Shown here: one piece after another, positions 26,950-39,229 of the stretch
How positions within the stretch are numbered: position 1 is the first letter of the stretch
How the letters are laid out: each line of letters starts with the position of its first letter
Origin: a virus
Virus record (IMG/VR): IMGVR_UViG_3300020401_000014
Location: 62,881 to 126,880 of that record
DNA: 64,000 bases
Strand: one strand, 5' to 3'
The notes under the pieces: model-generated
Told to the model about the DNA's origin: nothing
Databases searched by the model: none
Seen by the model: the letters and a program-made list of their open reading frames with translations, nothing else
Program-made: the position numbers and the translations under genes

Positions 26950-27477
26950 TCAATTCCAATTCCAATTATTGAAAGAAAATTTACTATCAATATTTGCCCC
27001 ATTTTTTGTTACCCTAATAAGAACAAAATTTTTAATGTATTTCCGTTTTAATAAATCATCAACGCAATTCGTAAGTCTTGTAATATGTTTACTCTGCATA
27101 CTTGATTGTGTTTCATTAATAACAAAAACATAACTAAAAGATTTAATTTTATTTATATATTTCGAGATGTACGCTTGTCCCGCCATCTCCTCAATTCTGT
27201 TGTTTATATTTTTAGCAAAGGAAGTCGCAGATATAGACTTTAATTCAATCGCATCCTTGGTTTTATTTGCAAAAAACTTATTCAGAAAATGAGTTTTATT
27301 TTTAAAAACCAAATCATACCTTTTATTGCCAACTTTACTTTTACAAATAATTTTATTTTTAGTAATTATTTTCTTATTTAAATAATCATAAACAGAATCT
27401 AAATGCTTGTCGCTTTTAACTTGATTACCAATCGCAGAGCAATCAGAAACTAATTTATTTCTTTGGGTTTGATTCAC
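26950..27477 (-). CDS. PD-(D/E)xK nuclease resembling the XhoI/PaeR7I restriction endonuclease family
   Basis: RYDLV...AIELKSISATSFAKNINNRIEEMAGQA resembles the family motif ExKSQ...SFGNNFNNRxEEAxG. Confidence 0.55.
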   Translation of the reverse strand: MNQTQRNKLVSDCSAIGNQVKSDKHLDSVYDYLNKKIITKNKIICKSKVGNKRYDLVFKNKTHFLNKFFANKTKDAIELKSISATSFAKNINNRIEEMAGQAYISKYINKIKSFSYVFVINETQSSMQSKHITRLTNCVDDLLKRKYIKNFVLIRVTKNGANIDSKFSFNNWNWN

Positions 27478-29010
27478 TTTTAATTACATATTTTGCAATC
27501 AATGGATGTTTCTACGCAATAACAACTATTTAATATATTTATTGCAGAGCAACCACACAAAAATGCAGTAATTAAAATAATTATAAATTTTTTCATTTTA
27601 CTTGCCTCTTGTACTCCCATACTTCAGTTTGTATTTGATCGTCTAGTGTTTTAGATACAGATTTTTGTAAAGTAAGAATTGAAGCGTCAATAAAGCCAAG
27701 CCTATTAAACTCTGCGTCATTCAAGCTAGAACCCATATCTAGATCGTCAAGAATTAGCTCGCATGAACTAATTATTTGCTTTAAAAGTATTTCTTCTTTT
27801 GATTCGTTGTGATTCATGGTAATAATACTACCAATATAAAACTAAAAAGTCAAGCAAAATTATTGATTTAACGAAGATAATAAAATTAAACAGTATTTAT
27901 CAACTTCTATCTCAATCTCTTTTGCAAGTTGTTTGCGAAAAGACTCACTTGCCATGTTCGGCTGAAGGTCTTTGTATTTGTTTAATATATTTTCTATTCT
28001 TTGATGTAAGTCCATTATTTTTATTAATTGGGTTATTTGTAGATTGCCTAATGCAACCCTCGATTATAGAATAACCTGTCATTCTTTTATTAAACCTTCT
28101 GATTCTAATAAACAAAACGACATTGATTCTAATTCAAAACTTGCTTGCTTTTCGCTAAAAAATTTATGTCTGTCATCTAGTCTTTTAAATAGATTACTCG
28201 CCACTTCAATTCTTTGATTATATGGCAATATATTTAAATCATTTACAATTTCCTTCCAAAAAGCATACGAAAATCTTTTTCTAATTTTTTTATATGAATG
28301 AAAGGTTTTGAGGTCTTTCTGTTTTAATGGAAAACCTCTTTCCCAACATCTGTGCATATGTGATTTAGTCGGTATCATCGCAACCTTTTATAGCTTTTGA
28401 TGGCTCATAATCTTTATTGAATTGTGAGAAGAAAGAACCATATTGATCATAAAACGCATTTACTACTTCAACTGCTTTTAATATTCTTAAATGCTCGTCT
28501 GTTCTTTCTCCCAAGGCAGATATTTCTGCTTCATTTGCGACAATCTGTAATGCCTCTTTAAGATTCATTTGTTTTATCGGATGGGATGTAGTCGGGCATT
28601 GGAGTGTCAGGAGTTGTTCCTTGCAATTCAAAGAATTGAACCATTGATTTTACAAGTGCCAACGCTTGTTGTTTACCAATAGATTTTTCTTTAGATTCAT
28701 TAATATGTTCTTCCGCTTCATTTACGATAATTTTAATTGCTTCTTCTATTTCCATTATTTTAAATTTCCTTGTTTAATTAATTGTTCCATGCACTCCCAA
28801 GTCGCATCGCATCTCACTTTATGCAACTCCATCATGCCTATTAAAATATTCATTTTTTGATCTTCTGTTAAACTTTCTTCTGTATCAAATTCTTTGTGCA
28901 TCATGGATTCAATATCTTCAGTTATTTGATAAAGTGAGGTAATAAGTTCTTCTAGCTTGAATCGATCTACTTCTTTTTTAATCGGTGTAATAATTTCCAT
29001 AATTGTAATC

Positions 29011-30123
29011 TTATACTAATTCTGCTTTGTTGTCAACTGCATTTTCCCAACCTTCTGCATAACCTTTTGTATAATGATAATTAGATGTTGGAGAATGTAA
29101 TTCCATGCCTTCAATCAGTTTTTGTATAGCAATATCTTTGAGCTTTACTTCGCATTCCCATTTAGCTTCGTTATTTGGATCAATAGCAATAACAGGGGGA
29201 TAGTTGCCTAGTGCAAAATAATCTGCGTGTGACCTTGGCTTTTCGGGTTTACCTTCTGACCAATGGAAGACAGGAGCAATGAAATCTCCGCTATCTTGAT
29301 CTACCCATGTATACGCACAACGCTCTGCTTGGAATGTAGTGTTGCGTTCTTCTGATGGATTGCAAAAGTCGTGAAGATTGTCGTAGCAAACAGGAAGGTT
29401 GAAATTGTATTTGTGAAATATATATTCACTAAATGAAATAATATTGTCTACATTCCAAAAACCTTTGTCTTCGTTTTCGATAGTTAGACGATTAAAAACA
29501 CCTTCATCACAACGCATAAGATTATTGTAAAATCTATCTGCCATTTCTTTGATACGAGCGTTGTTGATCGAGAAAGGGTCTAAATCCATTTTGTCGGATA
29601 TTTCGGGCGGTGTAGCATTGATATGAATATTCATGGGTGCTTCATGGGTTTGTGGCAATCCCATTGTGTCCATAATCCACGCTTGCATATTAAGTTCTAC
29701 AATCGTTTTGTTCACCGATGTTTCATTAGTTGAGGCAAGCACATTGAATTGATCGGGGTGCATACCTACTGATATTCCATAATCTTCTGCCATGAAACCT
29801 GCAAGCAGAAGTTCTCGTTTGACTATATCAAGATTATGTATGTCTGAAATAGATAGATCAAGAGTTGGGTCACTAATGAGAGGCAATATATTACTACTGA
29901 GCCTGTAATGAGCAAGCCCAATATCACGACAATGTGAAAGTATATGTTGAGTTGCATACGCATTGTGCAAAATTCTTTCAGAAAGTTCTTTAATCGCTTC
30001 ATACCTGTCATGTTTTACACACAGATCATTAAAACGCTTGCGAGTCATCGTGCGAAAAGAATATTTTTGTTTATCTTTGAGCTTGAGTTGCTCGCTGATG
30101 CAAGTAAGTCCTAATTTAGTCAT
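29011..30123 (-). CDS. uvsE: UV damage endonuclease (UvsE/UvdE)
   Basis: LGLTCIS, YRLSS, GMHPDQF, NIH, RLTIENEDK, YDNLH, FHWSE, HADY, ECEVKLKD. Confidence 0.9.
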   Translation of the reverse strand: MTKLGLTCISEQLKLKDKQKYSFRTMTRKRFNDLCVKHDRYEAIKELSERILHNAYATQHILSHCRDIGLAHYRLSSNILPLISDPTLDLSISDIHNLDIVKRELLLAGFMAEDYGISVGMHPDQFNVLASTNETSVNKTIVELNMQAWIMDTMGLPQTHEAPMNIHINATPPEISDKMDLDPFSINNARIKEMADRFYNNLMRCDEGVFNRLTIENEDKGFWNVDNIISFSEYIFHKYNFNLPVCYDNLHDFCNPSEERNTTFQAERCAYTWVDQDSGDFIAPVFHWSEGKPEKPRSHADYFALGNYPPVIAIDPNNEAKWECEVKLKDIAIQKLIEGMELHSPTSNYHYTKGYAEGWENAVDNKAELV

Positions 30124-30907
30124 GTAAGAATAATCTCATAGATTGATTGGTTTGTCAAGCAATTAATTTTTTTCATTGATTGATAGGTTGAGATGATAGT
30201 CGTCCTCTGATTTACTGATAGTAATATTTACATCACTACAATCTTCACTATACATGAGAAAAGCAATGATGTCTTGAATATTGCTTGGGCTAAGACCGCC
30301 ATGCGTTGACCCTGTTGAATAAGTCCCAAGCTTTTCCATCGTTTCGATTATTAAATTCTTTAGTTCTTCTTGAGAAGATGGGGGAAGTTCATTATCGTTA
30401 TTAAAACTTATCATTTTCTGCTAAAAATAAAATCAATGATAATAATAAATGCAATGATCGCACCCATTATCATTTCCATAGACATAAAGTTTATTTCTTT
30501 TTCCAATTTATTTGCTCGTAATTTCTTTTGAATTTATTTGAAACATTTCTAGGCGAATCACCCTTGCCATTCTGACCTTTTGATTGAGAGGATTTATTTG
30601 GCTTACTTGTCTTTGCAGTCTTCGCTTTCAAAATATTTCTCTAAACCTTCTAGGCGATCAATCGCATCAATATACATACAGAGAGCTTGCTCTGCATTTT
30701 TATAATAATCATCAGTAGAATGATCTCCAATACCAACTGCGTGATTAGATAACAAATCAAGCGTAAGCTTTGCTTTGTCCAAGTCTGCGTGGGCAGAACT
30801 TTTTAACATATTATATAATTCACTCTTCATTTTTAAATATTAACATAAAACTTGCATAAATACAATAACAAAGCACTCCAATGGCACAAAAACTTTGCCA
30901 AAACCAA

Positions 30908-31669
30908 TTAATTATTTTTTTCATTTGTAAATTCGGGATAAAATTTTCCATATTGAGGTAGATAGTGTTTGATTTGCATATCAGATAAATCTTTTAAATG
31001 TTTATTATTTTGCATTAAACTAGATGACTGCCTGTACCAATCTTGAATACATATTCTAGGTAAAGAATAGTAGGTTTTTTCTTGCATTGGTGCTTGTATA
31101 TATCCGATCAAGTCTTCAACACAGGTGTTTGGCTCTTTATCAATAAAAGTCATTAACTCTTTATGTCGATCCAACATTAAATTAATTGCATTGCGACTAT
31201 AATAAAAACCGCCAAGACAACAAGCAAAATTAAATCCGTTATAAAAATAAATATCATTATGGTTGGGTGCATTGTTTAATATATGATATGGAATTCTATC
31301 AAATTTAATTATATCTACATCGTTATTTTGTATAAATTCATTAACAATGCCTCTCCAATTATTTACAAATATTACATCATCCTCAAAAACAAAAACATGA
31401 TCTAAACCCATATCTTGGGCGGTCTGAATGCATTTAACATGGTTCTTGTATAAAGATAAAAATTGCTCTGAACGAGTTGAAGACGCAGAAAACTTCTCCG
31501 CTTCAATGAAAAAATAATTTTTATTTAGACGAGTACGCATTCGCTCGGCTTTGCCTGAATCAACAGAAATAACAATCGAAAAAATGAATTCTTCAAAAGA
31601 AGCGTCATTGTTTATTTTTATAAAATTATTATTAAATTCAATAGAATTAATGTATCTAAGTTGACTCAT
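30908..31669 (-). CDS. Glycosyltransferase family 25-like protein
   Basis: SLYKNHVKCI...VFVFEDDV, plus CLGGFYYS. Confidence 0.6.
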   Translation of the reverse strand: MSQLRYINSIEFNNNFIKINNDASFEEFIFSIVISVDSGKAERMRTRLNKNYFFIEAEKFSASSTRSEQFLSLYKNHVKCIQTAQDMGLDHVFVFEDDVIFVNNWRGIVNEFIQNNDVDIIKFDRIPYHILNNAPNHNDIYFYNGFNFACCLGGFYYSRNAINLMLDRHKELMTFIDKEPNTCVEDLIGYIQAPMQEKTYYSLPRICIQDWYRQSSSLMQNNKHLKDLSDMQIKHYLPQYGKFYPEFTNEKNN

Positions 31670-32710
31670 TTATTGTAAGCATACAAAGCGTCTTTTGTAC
31701 TAATATTTATATTTCTAGTGCTTTTCTCAATTTTCTTTCTGCACTCTATATTTGATTTGTACATCTCTTGTTGAAACTTTAGTTCGGTTTTTGCCCCTTG
31801 CAAAGTAGAAATAGCTTTATTTTCAGTCATTTTGCCATGAAGGACTTGGGTGACACAAATTTTTACTTCTCTTGCAGTAATCCGATAAGGAAAGTTTCTG
31901 CAAAGAAACTTATAAAACTTACCGCTTATTTTTCCGTGCTTTAATTTCTTGTGCAAGAATCTTCTGTACGCACAATTTTTAGTATTATGTAATGTTTTCA
32001 TTTATTTCGTCTTTTTTTATTCATCCAATATTGAGAGCTTTGTCTTAATTGGTCATTAGATTCTCTGACATATTCTAAAACGCTACTTGCTATTTCAATT
32101 TTTGTATCAGTATAAATTGACTTTGGGGAATCTTTTACTTCTTCCAAGATGTGTTGGATAAAATCTATATAGGGGCAGGTTAAACTAGGAACTTCGGGGG
32201 AGTTATCTTTTTGCATCTTTTTTTAATTTGTGCCTATTAAGAAAATCGCTACATTGAAGTAGTAAAGTGTCTGTCTCCCAATCTTCTTTTGACAAGAAAG
32301 ATTGATTATCAAGCAAAGATTGAGCGTGAGCTATTATTTGATGAAGTAAAATTTGTCGATCAACTTTTTGTACTCTTTTCATTATTTATATAATGATGAC
32401 ATATTTTTAAATATTTGTCAATCATAATCCGTGATTTTTTTTATCTTCATCAGTCCATTCTTGGTCAAAAAGCTCTTCCATAATATTAGTTGAAAACTCT
32501 TCTACCGAATGTCCTTGAGGCATAAGGGATTGAATATAGGCTACAACTTTCTTTCCGACTTCGTCATGTATAGGAGAAAAAGTATAAGTGGTCATATCTT
32601 TATCGCTACCATATCCAAACTCAATAACAATGTGGCAATCGTCTATCACTTCTTTATTTGTGATCGGACAAGTTTGATCTAAAGTCTCGTCATAAAATGG
32701 ATCTGATTTT

Positions 32711-33058
32711 TTACTCATCAAAAAACAATCCTTTCATAGTATCGTTCCATTCTTTTTGTGTTTCTAGCATTTCTTGTTTATTTACTTCAAACCATTCCTT
32801 GTCTTCTTCGACTCTCCATGCTCCTTCTTCGGGATAATCAATGTAACACCAATGGGTTACATCTCCTGTTAAAAAACCTGAATGGCTACCAAATACATGA
32901 TTATTTGAATTGGGGTAATCTTCATCTCTGCCATAATAAAAACCCGTCCATACTCCTGTTCCTTCAAAGAAATAAAGCAATCTTCTAGCTTCTTCGGGAA
33001 CTTGATCTTCAATTTTAGTCCAATTAATCATTTTCCATTTTCGCAATCTTTGTGCCAA
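32711..33058 (-). CDS. DUF551-like protein
   Basis: WTKIEDQVPE...VTHW pattern. Confidence 0.55.
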   Translation of the reverse strand: MAQRLRKWKMINWTKIEDQVPEEARRLLYFFEGTGVWTGFYYGRDEDYPNSNNHVFGSHSGFLTGDVTHWCYIDYPEEGAWRVEEDKEWFEVNKQEMLETQKEWNDTMKGLFFDE

Positions 33059-33780
33059 TCGCCTACTATTTTATTTGAGTGGCTTTTACCCCAAAATCCA
33101 CATAGACATGGGTCATTTGACATCTGATTTGCTCCCGCTTGATAACCTTTCTCATAAGCCTCAGAATGAGCTTTTATTAAAGCCTTCTCATATTTTATAG
33201 CAAGACGCTCTTGTGCGTCTGCCCAACCTTTATCATAACCCCTGTTATAGCTAATTTCTTCTGTCATTGCTTCGTGCATATTTACCAATTTTTTATAATA
33301 TTAAGTATAATCATAATGCAGGTTGCCATATTTGTCAACACAATAATTGTTCTAATTAGCAAACTTATTTGGGCTTGCTTTAAGGTAAGGATGGGAATAT
33401 CGGGTTGATCTTCGTCTGTTCTTCCAACTCTATGATCAAGAGTTCTTGCCCATATCAACCAAAGTTTTTTCACTAATATTTGACTTTTAAACCGCCTTGA
33501 ACATAATTTGGCTCTTCTTTCATCCAATCGGGAACAATCAATCTTTCTACATCTATATACTCTTGAAAGAAAAATTTAAAAGCATCTTCGTCATTATTCT
33601 CTTGTGCAATTCTAATTTCTTCTAATATTTCTCTTTCTATCTTTTTGTTTTCTGCGTCTTTCGCAAGAAATTCATTAATCTCATTTTGATACTCGGCAGA
33701 TCGGGATAAACCTGTGTCTTTAGGTTTTAAGTGATTTGTGCAATTTGATAATAATAATATTGCGGGGACTAATAATACTT

Positions 33781-34047
33781 TCATACATTAGTATAGTATA
33801 ATCCAAACGATAAAATAAAAACCTGTGGCACAAAATTTAATAAAATACTATTCTCTCTCCAAGCAAAGCCTACAATGCTCCATGTACAAGCCCCGATAAG
33901 ATGAATGATGACATTCAGAGGGTGAACATTAAAAGCATGAAGGCAAATTGCCAAGACAATAGTTAAAGCACTAAAATATTTTAAAAAGTATATAATTTTT
34001 TTATTCATTTTTTGATCCAAATCTAGTTTATAATCGTTATCTAACAA
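33781..34047 (-). CDS. Small multi-pass membrane protein
   Basis: Three hydrophobic segments. Confidence 0.55.
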   Translation of the reverse strand: MLDNDYKLDLDQKMNKKIIYFLKYFSALTIVLAICLHAFNVHPLNVIIHLIGACTWSIVGFAWRENSILLNFVPQVFILSFGLYYTNV

Positions 34048-34295
34048 CTATGCTATCAAATGAACAATGTTTTAAACTGGCGAGATTTATGGTCTCGGTA
34101 ATTTTTACTGCGATAGGCACTATGGTGACTTACTTAAATACAATGATTTAAGTGATATGTTTTCCACTAATCCTAGCTATATCTCTCACCATCTGATTAT
34201 GATTTTCGATAAATAATAAAATTGGTTTTAATATATCTCTAACTAGTTTTAGATTATCTTCCGTAGGATCAGAAACCCTAACACGAATCTCTTCT

Positions 34296-34823
34296 TTAAT
34301 AAGAAACTCTAGAGATTGCTCTGTCATGTAAAGACCATTGGTTTGTAAGTTCAACAATATAGACTTTTACAGAAGAATCCTTGAAAATATCTTCAATCAT
34401 TGACGAGATAATATTCCAACTACCCCCTGCAAGACCACAGGAAATTCCAAAAGGCAAGCCCAAGATCATTTCTTCGCCCGATTGTATTTGATGGTTTTGC
34501 ATTGCCTTTTCAACTTTAGAAAGAGCTTCGTAAAAAGCTTCATAATCGACTTCCCTGCCTTCGCCAATGGTTGATTGAGTATATAGATTGTAAACGCCTT
34601 TTGTGCAGTCTCCTGAGTCTAAATCAGCCCATCCAAAAGAGTACGAACCTAAGAAATTCTCTATATTTTTATGAGCAATACAATCCGCTTGCCAAGCATA
34701 AGGAAATCGATCTTTAATTTGTTTAGCGATTCCTGCCCCCATAATATTCATGGTATTGCACGAATGTGCAATACGATTGATGCCTTGAGGAAAATCTAGT
34801 AAATCTCCTTCGATAAGTTCCAT
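34296..34823 (-). CDS. Macrodomain protein (ADP-ribose binding or hydrolase)
   Basis: IEGDLL, IAHSCN...MGAGIAKQI, NLYTQ, GISCGLAGGSW. Confidence 0.88.
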   Translation of the reverse strand: MELIEGDLLDFPQGINRIAHSCNTMNIMGAGIAKQIKDRFPYAWQADCIAHKNIENFLGSYSFGWADLDSGDCTKGVYNLYTQSTIGEGREVDYEAFYEALSKVEKAMQNHQIQSGEEMILGLPFGISCGLAGGSWNIISSMIEDIFKDSSVKVYIVELTNQWSLHDRAISRVSY

Positions 34824-35278
34824 ATTACTTTTCTTTAATATACTTCTTTTGAGTATGGTTCATTCTAAAAGCTCTATTCATTATGTTTGCTTCCGATGAA
34901 GTTAAATTAACAACCCCTCCGACTATTTCTTTGCCTTCGGGTCGTGCAAAATCATAAAGCCTGTATCTATATAAAGGCGTATTTTTTGGTTCAATATTCA
35001 TATTATTTTATTATGTAGAGTTATGCACAAATGTCAAGCATTAAAATCTTCTACATTGCCTAACATAAGTCTATTTTGATTATAATTTGGGAAATTTTCC
35101 TCTATTCGCAATATATGTTTAAGTTCTATTAAGCGAGCATCTACATCTTTTGATTCAAGAACAATATCATTGTAGCGACACTTGTCCTTCTTGTTGACTT
35201 CTTGCAATAATTTTGTAGCAAGCTCATTCAATTCTTCCGCACATTTAAGAAAAACTTTTTTTTGTTTTTTATTTAGAA

Positions 35279-36229
35279 TCATACTTTTTCTAATTCTTTG
35301 CAAACTTTGATGCCTTCGGATGTAATCTTGCGTCTGCCATCAATTTCGATCAAATTTTTATTTAAAAGATATAACTCATGGTCTTTTTGTATAGATGTTT
35401 TACTTAAACCTAGTTTTGCAGCCAAACCTGTGAGCGTAGCCGAGCCGTGCTTGTTTAAAACTTCTAAAATTTGTTTTTCAGTATATGTTAAGCCAAGAGG
35501 TAATATACTAACACTTTTGCACAAATCTTTGAAATCTCTTAAAGAGAAAAAATACTTTTCTTTTGCACCACAATATAGGGATATTTCTTTGGCTCGCATA
35601 ACTGCATTTCTTGCATTGTTTCTAACTGATGTAGACACAACCTTTAAGCACTCATCACTAATTGTTGCTTTCGGGGCACAAAGTTTTAAAATTTGACCCA
35701 ATTCATTTTCAGAGTAAGGCTCAAAGTCAACATTGGTTAATCTATCTTTAAGCGGTGGAAATATTCTATCGCTCTCAGTAGTTGCGAAAATAAAAGTTTG
35801 CTTTTTAAAATCAAACTCAAAAGACATTTCGTTCCACTCAAAAGATTTCTTCGTTGAAGTTTCTGTGTTAAATATAGTAAGGAAAGCCATTGTTAAATCC
35901 TTAGGCAAAGCATGACACTCATCAAACAAAATAGTAATTTCATTATTCGCAATTAAGGGTAGAAAGATTTGCTCAAAGAATTGCTCATTATTTCTAATTG
36001 TAGAGCAGTTTAATTCTAAAAAGTTTCTCTTCGTGCCATCATTGTTTACAAGGTTTTTAGCAAAGCCTTTTGCAAATTCGGTTTTGCCCAAGCCTTTTGC
36101 TCCTGTCAGTAACAAAAAGGGGCATACTCCTGTTTTATTGAATGCGTCAACATAAAATGACAACTTGCGTTTAACGGCTTTTTGACCGATTAGATCGGGA
36201 AAGTAATTATTCAAATTTTGTAAGTTCAT
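35279..36229 (-). CDS. ruvB: Holliday junction branch-migration ATPase, RuvB-like
   Basis: LIGQ, Walker A GAKGLGKT, Walker B LFDECH, FATTE, PLKDRL, RNNARNA, C-terminal wHTH with E.YL..GR; start re-called to 36229. Confidence 0.8.
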   Translation of the reverse strand: MNLQNLNNYFPDLIGQKAVKRKLSFYVDAFNKTGVCPFLLLTGAKGLGKTEFAKGFAKNLVNNDGTKRNFLELNCSTIRNNEQFFEQIFLPLIANNEITILFDECHALPKDLTMAFLTIFNTETSTKKSFEWNEMSFEFDFKKQTFIFATTESDRIFPPLKDRLTNVDFEPYSENELGQILKLCAPKATISDECLKVVSTSVRNNARNAVMRAKEISLYCGAKEKYFFSLRDFKDLCKSVSILPLGLTYTEKQILEVLNKHGSATLTGLAAKLGLSKTSIQKDHELYLLNKNLIEIDGRRKITSEGIKVCKELEKV

Positions 36230-37346
36230 ATTCAATGGTATTGTTTGTTTGATTAGGGTTATATGTTTTTGTGGGCTGATCGGTTTCTTCGCCCTCACCT
36301 GTGATCGAATCAAGCCAATTCTTGGAAACAGGAATTGAAGCTTTGGTTCCAACATACATTCCAAGCTCTTCGTAAGTAATTCGCTTGTATACTACTGGTC
36401 TACCTTTTTTCATAATATTTAACACTAAACCAAGATTTAGATTTGGTCAAGCATATTTTTTACTTCGGCATGAGAGGAATTAAGCACATCTCTAAGATGA
36501 GTGGTGACTTCTTTAAGTTCTTCAAAGTAATCTACTGACACCTGCCTTTCTTCGGGTATCGAATACTTATTTTCTTTATAATAATCTATCAAATCAGAAA
36601 TTGTAGAGATTTGTTTATTATAATATATATTTAAATCTGCAACTGTTTTGTCGAACTTTATAGCCAAAATATCTTTATTAATATTATCTTCGCTATTTGG
36701 AAGATTAATACTGAATGCTATTTGACCAAGGTTTTTTTGCAAATCGTCAAAAGCTTTAGATGCGTTATCAGAAAAAACTTGATCTAGTTGAGCTAAAAGA
36801 TAACTAAACTCATCTTCTAGTCGAGCGATTTTTTCAAGAACAAAATCATGAGTTTGCCATAGTAATTCTAGATCATTAATCATAGAAACTTGTGCAAAAG
36901 ATGAAATTCCCTTGTTCCTAGATATTTTACAAAATAGGAGCAAAACTCTGCAAGAGTAGAATGTTCCCAATTTTCTTCGTGAATTGTTTCTGCGACACCG
37001 AAGTAATCTCCGTCTTGCCACATCTCTGTTAATTTAATGAATTCTGTATTTTTCATAATTATTTAAGTCTGTCAGTTTTTTGCTTAGATGTCAACACTTT
37101 ATTTTGTGTAAATTGGTGTGTGGATAGAACGGCAAAACAGAGAATAATTGATTATTTAACTATTTTAATCATGCAAGATAGTAAATTTGTTTGTAATCCC
37201 CACATCCGTGCAAAGTGTGCGTGGATGGAAGCAAAGAGAATTTATGAGAAAATACCTGACGAAAAAAAGCAGAGGCTTTTAAAACTCGCTCAAAAAAGGG
37301 ATTACGCCAAAGGAGAAAGACATTTACCTGACTTTTGGGATTAATT

Positions 37347-37718
37347 ATGAAAAAGAAAAATACAATATTTTGCGATATAGATGGAACTATATTTAAATAC
37401 AGAAAATTTGAAACTTACAAAAAATCTGAAGCAGTACCAACTCTTAATACAGTTAAAATACTGCAAAGATGGCGTGATAATGGTCATATGATAGTGCTTA
37501 CCACCGCTCGCCCTGAAAATCTTAGAAAACATACCCTAGATGAATTAAAAAATAATAATATACCTTTTGATCGACTTATTATGGAAATTGAAAGAGGTCC
37601 GAGGTTTTTAATAAATGATATGGATCCATCAAAACCTGGCGAAAGAGCTATAGCTATTAATCTATTAAGAGATTTAGGTTTAGGCTCCGTATATTGGGAC
37701 CAATGGAAGGAAATGTAA
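37347..37718 (+). CDS. HAD-superfamily phosphatase
   Basis: IFCDIDGT motif I and LTTAR motif II. Confidence 0.75.
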   Translation: MKKKNTIFCDIDGTIFKYRKFETYKKSEAVPTLNTVKILQRWRDNGHMIVLTTARPENLRKHTLDELKNNNIPFDRLIMEIERGPRFLINDMDPSKPGERAIAINLLRDLGLGSVYWDQWKEM

Positions 37719-38110
37719 ATGCAAGAAGGCGATCACATTACATTTAAAATAAATAATGAAATTAAAAGTGGAAAAATTGTAAAAATATATACCCAAGTAG
37801 GCATGGCAAATCACGGACAAACATTTGCAGTTATAGTTCTACATCAAAGTGATGGGTTATTTGGTAACTCTGAAATTAAAATCAATATTAACGAAATACA
37901 TTTAATATAAATAAAGCCGCCGCTGATAAATGAAAATATTTTAATCGTTCGCATTTTCTTGGATGCAAAATAATCTTATATATTTGGCTTTTTCTCATTC
38001 ACAATTTTGTGATCTGTATTTCGGGCAGTGTCGTTCATATATATTATGAATAATTTTATAGATGAAGACGAAGATACTACATTTCATTTACCAGATTTTA
38101 CTGATTAAAA

Positions 38111-38186
38111 TGGAGCCACCTGTCAGGATCGAACTGACGACATCCTCATTACAAGTGAGGTGCTCTACCATCTGAGCTAAGGTGGC
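38111..38186 (-). tRNA. tRNA-Thr(UGU)
   Basis: Full cloverleaf GCCACCT...CCTCA-CTTGTAA-TGAGG...GTCAG-TTCGATC-CTGAC...AGGTGGC-T-CCA. Confidence 0.95.
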
Positions 38187-38189
38187 AAA

Positions 38190-38999
38190 TTATAAATGAT
38201 ATTCTTTAAAAAAACTTTGAATTTTTTGCAATTCACCCTCTTGAGCAAGAGTGTTATAATGGTAGTCTGAACCTCCATTTAATACACCTTTTAATCCAGT
38301 GAACCTATGATCTGTGTCATATTTTTTATGCAAGAATACACAGTCCGTTCCAAAAGCCCTGCAAGGCAAAGCGCAGTGGAGCCGACTGGTTATTACTAGA
38401 GACGCTTTTTTATAATTATCAAGAAATTCAAGGGCTAATGTTAATCTTTTTTCAACATTTGTTTCCCACATCTCAAAAGCTTCGTGTTTAACAACTTCAA
38501 AATCTTTAAATAAACCCATGTTTAAATTCATGCTTGGAACATAAGGACATTCACCATTAACATCAACCAAGTATTTTTTTTCAGATTTGATTTCGTTTCG
38601 GTCAAAAGCCAAGGTTAAGCACCCTGTAAAGTATGCATCAATTCCATGGCGATTGAAAAGATCAACGGTTGCCTGATCCCTGCATCCGATTGCAGGCTGA
38701 CTTTTAAAATAATCTATATTACGAGTTACTAAAGAATCATTTGAGACATTAAAACTTAACCAGATTGGTTTTATTTTTTTGCTTGGAGGGAAGTTTTCGG
38801 GTTTATGCATAAACCAGCCATTCATTATTACATATAATTCTTCTCCGTCATAAGCATGCATCTGCTCTCGATTTAATAAAGTGTATTTTCTAATACCTCT
38901 TTTTTCTAAAAAATTCATTGCTGCCAAGGTTTGTATATCGTCGCCGATATTTGTTGTTGGCGCAAAAATTACCCCATATTTTTTATCATTCATGGTCAA
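38190..38999 (-). CDS. Polysaccharide pyruvyl transferase family protein
   Basis: NIGDDIQ, IGCRD, FTGCLT, VITSRLHCALP. Confidence 0.82.
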   Translation of the reverse strand: MTMNDKKYGVIFAPTTNIGDDIQTLAAMNFLEKRGIRKYTLLNREQMHAYDGEELYVIMNGWFMHKPENFPPSKKIKPIWLSFNVSNDSLVTRNIDYFKSQPAIGCRDQATVDLFNRHGIDAYFTGCLTLAFDRNEIKSEKKYLVDVNGECPYVPSMNLNMGLFKDFEVVKHEAFEMWETNVEKRLTLALEFLDNYKKASLVITSRLHCALPCRAFGTDCVFLHKKYDTDHRFTGLKGVLNGGSDYHYNTLAQEGELQKIQSFFKEYHL

Positions 39000-39229
39000 T
39001 ATTGTGAAAATTTATTGCTTCTTCTACCCATTTGTCTGCGTATACATCTTTTTTTTCTACTGAAATAGTTTGGCCAGTAAAATTTTTTCTTTTCATCATG
39101 GCTTCGTGAAACTTTAGGGCTTGATCTGCATCTAAGGCTGTAAAATAATGGTATGAATCTTCAACGGCATGATCTGCGCCAGCATTATATTTGATTCTAT
39201 AAGTATAGAGTTTTGGTTCTTTATATTTT

